NCBI GenBank assembly: GCA_016288465.1
Contig: JAEEZC010000363.1
Coordinates: 1 to 37,447 of the forward strand
Length of the DNA: 37,447 nucleotides
Source of the DNA: Verrucomicrobiota bacterium
GTDB lineage: Bacteria > Verrucomicrobiota > Kiritimatiellia > RFP12 > UBA1067
Direction of reading: 5' to 3'
A model generated the notes under the pieces. It saw only the letters and a program-made list of their open reading frames with translations, was not told where the DNA came from and ran no database searches. Positions 14,973 through 24,166 of the stretch are shown here, one piece after another. The first letter of the stretch is position 1. Every line of letters begins with the position of its first letter. Made by a program: the position numbers and the translations under genes.

Positions 14973-17441
14973 TCATTCGTCGCTTAAGGACGAGAAGTCC
15001 ATGTCGGGGAAAAGATCCTTCATCTTCTTGGCGTAGAAATCGCCCTCCTTGGCGGCTGTCTTAGCAAGTTCCTCGGCCTTTTCCGCCGCGCCATTGACCT
15101 CGGGACAGACTAGACGCATCGTAAGAGCAGCTCCCGACATCGCCTCGGTGAAATCCTTTTGGTTAAGGTGTATGGTCTTCTTACCCGACACGATGAAATG
15201 GTTGATGAGCTCATTGAGGTTGCCGGGATAGTCTTTGTAGAATGACTGCCACGATATGCGCTGAGACTTCCTGTCGCTCTTTTGCAGATGGATGTCTTTG
15301 TCATCAACCTTGACGACCTTGGATCCTTTGAGCTTGCCTCTGAATGCATATCCTTCAAGATTCTTGATGAAGATATCATGCATCTTCTGCATACGTTTCA
15401 CCTTGTCAATCTGTAGCTCGGCCGCTAGCTGCCCTTCAGCTGTCTTATAGGATTCGCTCGCAGATTCAAGCAAACGCTTGGCTGTCTTCCAATCAAGCTG
15501 CCTAATGCATCCCTGTTCGACTATCTCGTCAAATTTCTTGGCGATTCCGGAGGTTTCAGCCTCAACAAGGGCTTTGCGTTTCCGCTCAAGTTCTTCTTTT
15601 TTCTTCTTCTCCTCTATTTCGCGTTCCTTGATCCTTCTCTCTGTCTCTGCCGCATTACCTATGGCCCTCAACGTTTTCTCTGCGGCAGAAATGATCTTCT
15701 TGCCCTTTTCCTTGATCAAGGCCGCCCCATTGCGCAACTTGTCCACGTTTGGCAAGGCCTTCATCTCGTCAAACTTGTCCTTGAGCTTAATGGAAAGATC
15801 CCCAAGAGCCTTCATGTTCGCCTCGGTGGCCTCTCTTTGTGCAAAAGCCGCATCACAGTCTGCGATTAGCTTTTTCGCGAATTCAGAAACTGTAATGTAG
15901 GTCAGCTGGTGGTTGTATGCTCGGTCCCAGAGCTCCTTGATTTCGGCTATTGCTGTGGCGGCGGGGCCATCTTTCGGCAGATTATTGGCCGGCTTGGCAA
16001 CTTCGGACGCCTTTTTCTCCTTTTTGCCACCCTTCGCGTCAGCCGTGGGCTTTGCGGGCGCAGACTGGGCGCTGGTGTTTGCCGACGGCGCGTTGGTTTC
16101 AGATGTGGCCGCAGCAGGCGGATTCATGACAAGAGCGATGGCGTTCTTGATCTCATCCGACATCTCGAACTTGAAGAAGGACTCGTAGTTGGGCAGAAGC
16201 TGTTTGAGACCGTCTCTCACCGCTTCGCACTCCGCAATTGCATTCTCCGCGTGCTTTCTGCACTCAGCTTCAAAAGCGACCGTGTTTTCCCTGATCTTGC
16301 GTATCGCCTGCCGCGCCTTTTCGCAGTTGGCATTTATCGTACGAGCCGCCTCTTCCTGACGCGCCCTTTCGCTGGCCTCCTTGAACCAGAACAGTCCGCC
16401 AACCACAGCTCCGATTACAAGCAAGCCGCCAAGGACGAAAAGCGTCACCTTGAGGCCAATGCCGCTGCCCTCTTCCTCTTCTTCTTCCTCCTCAACCACG
16501 GCACGGCCACGAATGATCCTGCCTGTCGTCGAGACGCGCCTTGTCCTCGAAGTCTGTCTCTTGCCACCATCTGCGACACCCCCAATCGGCGGAACTCGCT
16601 GCGTGGCAAGGCCAATCGTAAGCACGTCCTGAAACGCCAGCAGAAGAGATTCGAAGCTCGGGTAGCGGTCCTCCTTGTTGAGGGCAAGCATCGTCATCAC
16701 AAGCTCGTCCACCTCAGGCGTGATCTCCGGACGGATTTCGCTCGGGAGCTTTGGCGCCTCCATGAAGCGTTTCTTCACTACGGCGACAGAGTCGTCTCCG
16801 TCAAACGGAGGCACTCCTGTCAGTGCGTGGTAGAGCGTGCCGCCGAGAGAATACATGTCGGCCCTGAAGTCGACAACTTCCTTCTTGACTTTTTCGGGTG
16901 AAATGTAATACGGCGTTCCCCAGATTTCGCTGGTGTCTTTCTGCATCGCGGCCAGACCGAAGTCAACCAGCTTTGCATTGCCGTTCGCGTCTAGAAGGAT
17001 GTTCTCGGGCTTGACGTCGCCATGAACAAAGCCCTGGTCCGTCGCGCACTGCAGTGCCATGGCCGTCTGCTGGCAGATCTTGATGACGCGCTGGATGTCA
17101 GTCTTACCGGGATTCGCCTTCATCAGCGAATAGAGCGATCCTCCGGCGACAAGCTCCATGGCAATGTACGGCATCCCCTTCGATATGCCGTAGGAGTAAA
17201 TCTGCGCAATGTTCGGGTGGATCAGCTTGGCGGCTGCTTGAGCCTCTTTCTTGAACTTCTCCACAAACTCGGGATCCGCGCCGTATTCCTTGAGCATGAC
17301 CTTGACGGCCACAGGACGGTCAAGCATTTTATCGCGTCCCATGTACACGCCGCCCATGCCGCCGGCGCCGAGTTCGCGCTCAAGCAGGAAATTCCCGTTT
17401 TCCCCGAATTCTCCAGGGGTCGAAATCAGCTGTTCGCTCAT
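14973..17441 (-). CDS. Transmembrane Ser/Thr protein kinase with a long extracytoplasmic alpha-helical region
   Basis: Hanks kinase motifs: GAGGMGGVY, VAVKVM, HGDVKPENILLD, DFGLA, GTPYYISPE. A poly-Glu linker (EEEEEEEE), the TM segment VTLFVLGGLLVIGAVVGGLFWF, and about 470 aa of coiled-coil-rich sequence follow. The start ATG at 17441 has a GGAGG SD and an ATGA overlap with lepB. Confidence 0.85.
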   Translation of the reverse strand: MSEQLISTPGEFGENGNFLLERELGAGGMGGVYMGRDKMLDRPVAVKVMLKEYGADPEFVEKFKKEAQAAAKLIHPNIAQIYSYGISKGMPYIAMELVAGGSLYSLMKANPGKTDIQRVIKICQQTAMALQCATDQGFVHGDVKPENILLDANGNAKLVDFGLAAMQKDTSEIWGTPYYISPEKVKKEVVDFRADMYSLGGTLYHALTGVPPFDGDDSVAVVKKRFMEAPKLPSEIRPEITPEVDELVMTMLALNKEDRYPSFESLLLAFQDVLTIGLATQRVPPIGGVADGGKRQTSRTRRVSTTGRIIRGRAVVEEEEEEEEGSGIGLKVTLFVLGGLLVIGAVVGGLFWFKEASERARQEEAARTINANCEKARQAIRKIRENTVAFEAECRKHAENAIAECEAVRDGLKQLLPNYESFFKFEMSDEIKNAIALVMNPPAAATSETNAPSANTSAQSAPAKPTADAKGGKKEKKASEVAKPANNLPKDGPAATAIAEIKELWDRAYNHQLTYITVSEFAKKLIADCDAAFAQREATEANMKALGDLSIKLKDKFDEMKALPNVDKLRNGAALIKEKGKKIISAAEKTLRAIGNAAETERRIKEREIEEKKKKEELERKRKALVEAETSGIAKKFDEIVEQGCIRQLDWKTAKRLLESASESYKTAEGQLAAELQIDKVKRMQKMHDIFIKNLEGYAFRGKLKGSKVVKVDDKDIHLQKSDRKSQRISWQSFYKDYPGNLNELINHFIVSGKKTIHLNQKDFTEAMSGAALTMRLVCPEVNGAAEKAEELAKTAAKEGDFYAKKMKDLFPDMDFSSLSDE

Positions 17442-18181
17442 CTGATGATCCTCCATCCGTTAAATGGCCAGAAAACGACGGAACCAAGACCTCTAAGGTT
17501 CTCGCGGGGAACAGTCCCCCAATATCTGCTGTCAAACGAATTCGCAAAGTTGTCGCCGCATGCGAAGTATTCGTCCTTCCCCATCGTGACTTCGGTAGGT
17601 CGGCCCTGAACCGGGTGCTCCAGAACATATGTCTCGCCAGGACGCGCCTTCATTCGTTTTATGTAGTGCGTTCCCTGCGGCAGCTTGTCAATCCCGGTCG
17701 TTGAGAATATCATGACCTCCCCGTCCTGAGGCTGAACGAAATTCCACTTCCATCGATTGACGAATATGAAGTCGCCCGTCGTGATGGCCCCCTTCCAGAG
17801 CGTCTCGCCAGCTCGAACAAAACGGCCATGCAGCTCGCGGCAGGCGTCTGTTGGAAGGGACCAAGTCTTCGGATGCGTCCCTATCTGGACTGTCGCGAAG
17901 CCGTCCTGCCTCGGCGTGCAGCGCACAGTTCCCGTCGCCGGAGCCTTCCAGTCCACCGTGCGCGAACCGGTCCAGGCCAGCTTGAGCCAGGACAGCGGGA
18001 ATTCGTCCCACATGCCCTTCTCCGTGCCGGCCGCGGTATGGTAGCCCCAGAGAGTCTCCTGCATGGAGCCTGTCGGTATCTTGAAAGGCTCGTAGAAGTA
18101 TGCGCGAAACGCCATCGCGACGGAAATCGCGACCACAAGAGTGTCAAGCCACTCTCGGCCGTAGTCTGTAAATGATTTCAC
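17438..18181 (-). CDS. lepB: Signal peptidase I
   Basis: S26 motifs: PTGSMQETL (Ser), IKRMKARPGE (Lys), GDNFANSFDSRYWG. GTGA overlap with the guaB stop. Confidence 0.85.
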   Translation of the reverse strand: MKSFTDYGREWLDTLVVAISVAMAFRAYFYEPFKIPTGSMQETLWGYHTAAGTEKGMWDEFPLSWLKLAWTGSRTVDWKAPATGTVRCTPRQDGFATVQIGTHPKTWSLPTDACRELHGRFVRAGETLWKGAITTGDFIFVNRWKWNFVQPQDGEVMIFSTTGIDKLPQGTHYIKRMKARPGETYVLEHPVQGRPTEVTMGKDEYFACGDNFANSFDSRYWGTVPRENLRGLGSVVFWPFNGWRIIR

Positions 18182-19674
18182 GTGCGGTAGTTGGGCGCTT
18201 CTTTTGTGATTGTTATGTCATGCGGACGCGCTTCGCGGAGCCCGGCGGCGGTGACCCTGTAGTATCTGGCCTTCTCCTGCAGCTCGGGAATCGTCCTGGC
18301 GCCGCAGTAGCCAAGCGAGGCGCGCAGTCCGCCGCAGAACTGCGTCATTATCGACTTGACGTGCCCGGAGTAGGGAACCATTCCCTCGATGCCCTGCGGC
18401 ACAAGCTCCTCGTCGGCTTCGTTGTCCTGGAAGTACCTCGCGCGGGACCCCTTTCCGTTCTTCAGGGCCGCCATCGAACCCATGCCGCGGTAGACGACGT
18501 ACTGCCTGCCGTTGGAGTATATCTTCTCGCCTGGCGACTCTTCGGTGCCGGCAAGCACAGACCCAAGCATGACGGAGTCCGCCCCGACGCCGATCGCCTT
18601 CGGGACGTCACCCGAAAGCTTAATGCCGCCGTCCGCGATGATGGCGACATCAGTGCCGCGCAGCGCCTTCGCGGCATTGTACACCGCAGTCAGCTGCGGG
18701 ATGCCTACGCCGCACACGACTCGCGTCGTGCATATCGAGCCAGGGCCAATGCCGACCTTGACCGCATGCGCTCCGGCCTTCGCAAGAGCCTTCGCCGCCT
18801 CCCCAGTCGCGATGTTGCCCGCGATTACGTCGACCTTGGGGAATTTCTTGACGATGTACTTCGTCATTTCGATGATGCCCTTCGAGTGGCCGTGCGCCGA
18901 GTCGACGACGATCACGTCCACTCCCGCCTCGACAAGCCTCTCGACTCTGTTGAGGTCGCCCTTTCCGCCGGAGACAGACGCGCTGACGCGCAGGCGGAAG
19001 CGCTCGTCGCAGTTGTAACCAGCATTGGAATTCTCGATGATGCGGGCGACATCCGTGAAGGAGTAGAGGCCGATGACACGTCCGTCCTTGTCCACCAAAG
19101 GCAGCTTGCCGATCTTCGCCTTGCGCATCAGGTCGTACGCCTTCTTGAGCGTAGTGGTCCTGTCGCCCGTAATCGGACAGGGCTGCATGACATCGCGCAG
19201 CTTCATCGCGTTCATCGGCGCGAACCGCATGTCCGAAGAAGTGATCATGCCTACGAGCCTGCCGTCCTTGTCTAGCACGGGAAAGCCGTTGAACTTCAGG
19301 CCAAGGCGGCTCTTCTCGCTGCGCAGGAACGATATGTCGTCGTTTTCGTGGAAGCAGACAGGGGACGCGATAAGGCCGTTGAGGTGGTTCTTCACGCGCG
19401 CGACCTGCGCCGCCTGGTCCGCCTCCTCAAGGTTCTTGTGGATGCAGCCGATGCCGCCAGCCAGCGCCATCGCAATAGCCATCGGCGCCTCTGTGACCGT
19501 GTCCATCGCCGCGGACATGAACGGCACCTTCATCTTCAGCCGACTGGTAAGCTTCGTCTCCAGGGAAGTCTCGTCAGGAAGGAAATCAGCATACTGAGTC
19601 ACAAGAGTGACATCGTCATACGTAAGGCCCTCATGCGGAAAGGCCTTCATGAAATCATCAAGGTGTCTATTCAT
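18178..19674 (-). CDS. guaB: IMP dehydrogenase
   Basis: GLTYDDV, a CBS pair, GIGPGSICTTR (catalytic Cys loop), GGIKLSGD and YRGMGS. The start MNRHLDDF was chosen (498 aa); the longer ORF extension is not protein-like. Confidence 0.9.
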   Translation of the reverse strand: MNRHLDDFMKAFPHEGLTYDDVTLVTQYADFLPDETSLETKLTSRLKMKVPFMSAAMDTVTEAPMAIAMALAGGIGCIHKNLEEADQAAQVARVKNHLNGLIASPVCFHENDDISFLRSEKSRLGLKFNGFPVLDKDGRLVGMITSSDMRFAPMNAMKLRDVMQPCPITGDRTTTLKKAYDLMRKAKIGKLPLVDKDGRVIGLYSFTDVARIIENSNAGYNCDERFRLRVSASVSGGKGDLNRVERLVEAGVDVIVVDSAHGHSKGIIEMTKYIVKKFPKVDVIAGNIATGEAAKALAKAGAHAVKVGIGPGSICTTRVVCGVGIPQLTAVYNAAKALRGTDVAIIADGGIKLSGDVPKAIGVGADSVMLGSVLAGTEESPGEKIYSNGRQYVVYRGMGSMAALKNGKGSRARYFQDNEADEELVPQGIEGMVPYSGHVKSIMTQFCGGLRASLGYCGARTIPELQEKARYYRVTAAGLREARPHDITITKEAPNYRT

Positions 19675-19681
19675 ACTGGGA

Positions 19682-19687
19682 ATTATA
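19682..19687 (-). promoter_or_regulatory. -10 box TATAAT, 7 nt before the guaB ATG at 19674
   Basis: The minus strand reads gagTATAATtcccagtATG, in the 32-nt alr-guaB gap. Confidence 0.45.
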
Positions 19688-19706
19688 CTCTTTTTGCATG
19701 TGGAAA

Positions 19707-20861
19707 TCAATGCGGCACCGATCTGCGCACACAGCGCTGCACACGGCTGCCAAGCGAGCAGATTATGTCGTAGGCATGGGTGCCCTTTATGGCCGCCCAG
19801 TCGTCTGGAGTTATCGCGTCGCGACCGGATCGCCCGAAGCACACCACCTCGTCGCCCGCCTTCACGGACTTGACACCTGAGACGTCCACCGTCGTGTAAT
19901 CCATGGAGATGCGTCCTATGATCCGGCACCGCCTGCCTCCAATCAGGACAAATCCCCTGTTGGACAGCGCGATCGGCAGTCCGTCCGCATAGCCGGCCGA
20001 AATCGTTGCGACTTTTGTCGGCTTGTTGATGCACCAAGTGCGCCCGTAGCCCAGTGTGGTGCCCGCGGGAAGCGTCCTCACCTGCGCCACACGGGTCTTG
20101 AGAGTGAGCGCCGACTCCAGCTTGAGCGCCCTAAGCCCGTTTGGGTCGAAGCTTCCGTGCAGGTTTATGCCCGTCCGCACCAGCGTGAACGGGTGCCTCG
20201 CCGTCTCCGGAAAGTTGTTTATGGCGTCAGACGCCGCTATATGGACCTTGCGGAACCCGATTCCCTCTTTCGCACAAAGACGGAGAATGGTCTTGAACAG
20301 CGCTATCTGCTCGAGCGTGAACGGGTCCTTGGGCTCGTACGCCATCGGGAAGTGCGAGAACACACCCTCGCAGTCCAGGTTCGGCAGCTTCTTGACCGCC
20401 CGTATCGTAGAAAGCGCGCTCTCGACGCCTCCTTCGCCTGTGGCAAGTACGCCAAGCCTCCCCATGCCAGTATCGAGCTTTATGTGCGCTTTCGCAGTAG
20501 TTCGCAGCTTTCCGGCCGCCGCGGAGACAAGCGTCGCCGTCTCGACGTCTGTAATCGGCAGAACGACACCGGCCTTAACCATCTCCGAGATCTCGTCTGG
20601 CAGAACCGAACTCAGAATCTGCACATCGGCGCGTCCCCGGCCAAGCACCTTCTTCAGCTCCAGGGCCTCGAACGGCTCCGCCACGCCGAAGTTTTCGCAT
20701 CCGGCCTCAGACAGCGCCCTCGCGTATTCTGCGACCCCAAGCCCATATGCGTTCGCCTTGAGCACACAAAGCACCTTCGCAGGCGCAACATGAGCGACTA
20801 TTCTGCGGTAGTTGCGTACGAGCGTGTCAAGATCGATTTCGACAGTTACTCTTCGTCTCAT
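19707..20861 (-). CDS. alr: Alanine racemase
   Basis: PLP-lysine motif VLKANAYGLG; C-terminal beta domain with ISMDYTTVDV. ATGA overlap with hslO. Confidence 0.85.
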   Translation of the reverse strand: MRRRVTVEIDLDTLVRNYRRIVAHVAPAKVLCVLKANAYGLGVAEYARALSEAGCENFGVAEPFEALELKKVLGRGRADVQILSSVLPDEISEMVKAGVVLPITDVETATLVSAAAGKLRTTAKAHIKLDTGMGRLGVLATGEGGVESALSTIRAVKKLPNLDCEGVFSHFPMAYEPKDPFTLEQIALFKTILRLCAKEGIGFRKVHIAASDAINNFPETARHPFTLVRTGINLHGSFDPNGLRALKLESALTLKTRVAQVRTLPAGTTLGYGRTWCINKPTKVATISAGYADGLPIALSNRGFVLIGGRRCRIIGRISMDYTTVDVSGVKSVKAGDEVVCFGRSGRDAITPDDWAAIKGTHAYDIICSLGSRVQRCVRRSVPH

Positions 20862-21652
20862 TGGCCGGTTCCTCCGCACCCATGCGGTCTTACTGTGTAT
20901 GTGCGCCCGCACATGTGGCACGTGACGTCCAGTGTCTCCGGAAGCGCGGCGGCCTCATCTGCCGACAACGCCGCAAGCGTCGCCATCGCCCTTTCAGGCG
21001 AACAACGGCAGCCGAAGGAAAGCGGAACCGTCTTGCGCAGCTCAGCCTTCCCGAGCCCGAGCTCCTTCAGGATTGTCCGCGAAGCCCTTCCCAGCCCGGA
21101 AAGCTCCCTGCCCTCCACGACGTAGTCGCCGTCCGGCATCGCCTCGGCCATTACGCCTCGAGCCTCAAGAATCTCCAGCTCGTCCGAAACGGACGCCTCA
21201 AGCCACATGGCGGCCTTGCGCTGGAGAGACTCAGACAGGTATCTCCCCATCGACTCGGCTACGCCCTGGGAGAGTATCTTGCCCGGCAGCGACCGAACAA
21301 CCTGTATGCGCGTCTCCCCAAGGACTTTCCTGTCGGAAGGAGCGCCAAGTCCGTCGAAGTCGTCCAGCGTCTTCTTTTCCGTGTAGCCGCGAAGCGTGCC
21401 GCCGCCAGCGCATTCGGTCACGAAGCCGCCCAGCGGCCCCGTGCACTTCATCTGGAGGACGACTGTCTCCGTTTCGTCTTCCGTTTCCGCGCCGAGAAGC
21501 GAGACAGCAGCGAGCGCTTTCGCAAGGTAGTGGGCCGCCGTCGGACCGCAGAGATGTCCGCGGACAAGGTCCCGCGTCGCAGACGTAACGTCGGCTATCG
21601 ACACGACGACCCTCTTTTCGGGGTCGTACCACTCCTCGCGACAGTCCCTCAT
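20858..21652 (-). CDS. hslO: Hsp33-family redox-regulated chaperone
   Basis: Length is about 264 aa. The C-terminal zinc centre is CRCS...CHMCG (CxC...CxxC). Confidence 0.75.
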   Translation of the reverse strand: MRDCREEWYDPEKRVVVSIADVTSATRDLVRGHLCGPTAAHYLAKALAAVSLLGAETEDETETVVLQMKCTGPLGGFVTECAGGGTLRGYTEKKTLDDFDGLGAPSDRKVLGETRIQVVRSLPGKILSQGVAESMGRYLSESLQRKAAMWLEASVSDELEILEARGVMAEAMPDGDYVVEGRELSGLGRASRTILKELGLGKAELRKTVPLSFGCRCSPERAMATLAALSADEAAALPETLDVTCHMCGRTYTVRPHGCGGTGQ

Positions 21653-21662
21653 GCGCTCTCCG

Positions 21663-24164
21663 CTACAGCTTGACGGGCTCGATGTGCCAGATGTCCCTAG
21701 CGTACTCCATGACCGCGCGGTCGGACGAGAAGCGCCCGGACTTGGCGATGTTCACGAGCGACATCCTGTTCCACTTCTTCCTGTTGCGGTATGTCGCGTC
21801 GACGAGATCCTGCGCCCTGCAGTAGTCCTTCAGGTCCGCAAGCAGCATGTAGTAGTCGTTGTAGTCTATGAGATTCCTGACGATAGGGTCAAAGAGACCG
21901 GGTTCAAGAATCGAGAAGACGTTGGACTTTATCATGTCGATCGCCGTCTTGATTTCGGGATCGTTCTCGTAGAGCGAACGCGACACATACGTGGGACGCA
22001 GCTTGGCGACGTCCTCGGTGCGCATTCCGAAAAGGAACATGTTCGAGTTGCCGACTTCCTGGTTGATCTCCACGTTGGCGCCGTCGTAGGTGCCGAGCGT
22101 GAGGGCTCCGTTCATCATGAACTTCATGTTGCCCGTGCCGGAAGCCTCCATTCCCGCAAGGGATATCTGCTCCGACACTTCGGCGGCGGGCATGATCTTC
22201 TCCGCAAGAGAGACCCGGTAGTCGGGCAGGAACGCCACGGAAAGCTTCCCGCGCGTCTTGGGATTGGAGTTCACCACCCCGGCAATGCCGTGGATGAGCC
22301 TGATGATGAGCTTTGCCATGTAGTAGCCAGGGGCCGCCTTCGCCGCGAAGATGAACTGGCGCGGCACAGGCGAGAGCTTCGGATTGCTCAGCAGGCGATT
22401 GTACAGGACGATTATGTAGAGCGCAAGCAGAAGCTGCCTCTTGTATTCGTGCAGACGCTTCACCTGAACGTCGAAGATCGCATCCGGATTGAGCGTTATG
22501 CCAAGGTTCTTGGACGAATAGGACGCGAGCGCAACCTTGTTGTCGCGTTTGATCCTGTCCAGCTCGTCAAGGAATCCCGTGTCGTTGGAGAACTTCTCGA
22601 GCTTCTTCAGCTCTTCAAGGTGCATGATCCATCCGTCGCCGATGGACTTCGTGATGAGTCCGGAAAGCGCCGGATTCGCCTTCAGCAGCCAGCGCCGCGG
22701 CGTTATGCCGTTGGTGACGTTGTGGAACTTCTCCGGCCAGAGCTCGTGGAAATCCTTGAAGAGCGACTCCTTGAGTATCTTCGTGTGCAGCTCGGCCACG
22801 CCGTTTACGGACGAGGAGCCGACGATGCAGAGGTTCGCCATGCGCACGTAGCGCTCGCCGTTTTCGTCGATGAGCGACATGCGGCGCAGCTTCTTCACGT
22901 CGCCCGGATAAAGCGAAGAGACCTCCTGCAGGAACCGCCCGTTGATCTCGTAGATGATCTGCAGATGGCGCGGCAGCAGGCGCTCCATCATGGGCACCGG
23001 CCACTTCTCCAGCGCCTCCTGCAGAATCGTGTGGTTGGTGTATCCCGTCGTGCGACGCGTAAGATCCCACGCCTGGTTCCAGTCGAGGTTCTTCTCGTCG
23101 ATGAGGATGCGCATCAGCTCCGGTATGATCAGGGTCGGATGCGTGTCGTTGAGGTGGATGAACACCTTGTTGGGCAGGTCGGTCCAGTTCGTGTTCGTGA
23201 GCTGGAAGCGGCGCAGTATGTCGCGCAGCGAGCAGCACACGAAGAAATACTGCTGGCGGAGGCGAAGCTCCTTGCCCGCCATCGTGTTGTCGTTCGGGTA
23301 GAGGACCTTCGTCAGGTTCTCGGCGAGAACCTTGTTCTCCACCGCCTCGACGTACGATCCCTTGTTGAAGTCGTTGAGGTCGAAGTCGTCCACCGCGCGG
23401 GCGCTCCAGAGCCTGAGCGAGTTGACCGCCTTGTCGTAGCCGACGATCGGCATGTCGTACGGTATGCCCTCGACACGCTCGGTTGGCACCCATATCCACT
23501 TCTGGCGGCCGCCGTCGGTCATGCACTCGACATGGCCTCCGAAGTGCACGTGCTGCGCGTACTCGGGACGCGACATCTCCCACGGATAGCCGTTCTTGAG
23601 CCACTGGTCGGGCTCCTCGACCTGGCAGCCGTTGACGATCTTCTGGCGGAAGATGCCGTAGTCGTACCGGAGACCGTAGCCCATGCCCGCGAGGTTCATC
23701 GTCGACATCGAGTCGATGTAGCACGCGGCAAGACGTCCGAGGCCTCCGTTGCCGAGGCCTGCGTCGCACTCGAAGTCGCGCAGGCTGTTCCAGTCGATGC
23801 CATAGCTCTTGAGGGCCTCGTGGCAGATGTGGTCGGCCTTGAGGTTGATGACGTTGTTGCCCAGCAGCCGTCCAATCAGGAACTCGAGGGAAAGGTAGTA
23901 GACGCGCTTTGTGTTCTGGCGCCCGTACTCCTCCTGCGTGCTGATCCAGCGCTCGATTATGCGATCGCGCACCGCTGTGGCAAATGCGGTGTACTGGTCG
24001 TGCGGCGTCGCTCTGGTGTCCCCTTTCGCCAGTGAGTACCTGAGATGCCACGCGTAGTCCTCCTTGAGGCTCTCGACCGACATCTCGACACGGCGGTCCT
24101 TTTTCTTTGTCATGTTTCCTTCTTCCTGATCTTTCGTCTTCATGCTTCCCATGTACGGCGTCAC
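21663..24164 (-). CDS. glgP: Glycogen/maltodextrin phosphorylase
   Basis: GT35 hallmarks: LGNGGLGRLAAC and EASGTGNMKFMMNGALTLGTYDGANVEI (PLP lysine). The start is uncertain (GTG 24164, or ATG 24113 at MTKKKDRR). Confidence 0.9.
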   Translation of the reverse strand: MTPYMGSMKTKDQEEGNMTKKKDRRVEMSVESLKEDYAWHLRYSLAKGDTRATPHDQYTAFATAVRDRIIERWISTQEEYGRQNTKRVYYLSLEFLIGRLLGNNVINLKADHICHEALKSYGIDWNSLRDFECDAGLGNGGLGRLAACYIDSMSTMNLAGMGYGLRYDYGIFRQKIVNGCQVEEPDQWLKNGYPWEMSRPEYAQHVHFGGHVECMTDGGRQKWIWVPTERVEGIPYDMPIVGYDKAVNSLRLWSARAVDDFDLNDFNKGSYVEAVENKVLAENLTKVLYPNDNTMAGKELRLRQQYFFVCCSLRDILRRFQLTNTNWTDLPNKVFIHLNDTHPTLIIPELMRILIDEKNLDWNQAWDLTRRTTGYTNHTILQEALEKWPVPMMERLLPRHLQIIYEINGRFLQEVSSLYPGDVKKLRRMSLIDENGERYVRMANLCIVGSSSVNGVAELHTKILKESLFKDFHELWPEKFHNVTNGITPRRWLLKANPALSGLITKSIGDGWIMHLEELKKLEKFSNDTGFLDELDRIKRDNKVALASYSSKNLGITLNPDAIFDVQVKRLHEYKRQLLLALYIIVLYNRLLSNPKLSPVPRQFIFAAKAAPGYYMAKLIIRLIHGIAGVVNSNPKTRGKLSVAFLPDYRVSLAEKIMPAAEVSEQISLAGMEASGTGNMKFMMNGALTLGTYDGANVEINQEVGNSNMFLFGMRTEDVAKLRPTYVSRSLYENDPEIKTAIDMIKSNVFSILEPGLFDPIVRNLIDYNDYYMLLADLKDYCRAQDLVDATYRNRKKWNRMSLVNIAKSGRFSSDRAVMEYARDIWHIEPVKL

Positions 24165-24166
24165 CG

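Noticed and set aside
18178-20037. A 619-aa version of the guaB ORF, plus the N-terminal extensions of alr (20921), the TPR gene (26800), the Y1 transposase (2168) and potC (7140)
   Set aside because: The extensions are Arg/Gly-rich and overlap upstream genes. Family-consistent N-termini start at internal ATGs, with promoters, SDs or 4-nt overlaps in the expected places.
21651-24035. A 794-aa plus-strand ORF antisense to glgP. Similar long antisense or off-frame ORFs include 1071-2135(+), 3491-4792(-), 18172-19275(+), 28056-29342(+), 29288-30403(+) and 35182-36369(+).
   Set aside because: Their composition is Arg/Ala/Pro/Gly/His-rich, low-complexity and motif-free. Each lies opposite, or in another frame of, a gene with unmistakable family motifs. 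They are typical shadow ORFs of high-GC DNA.
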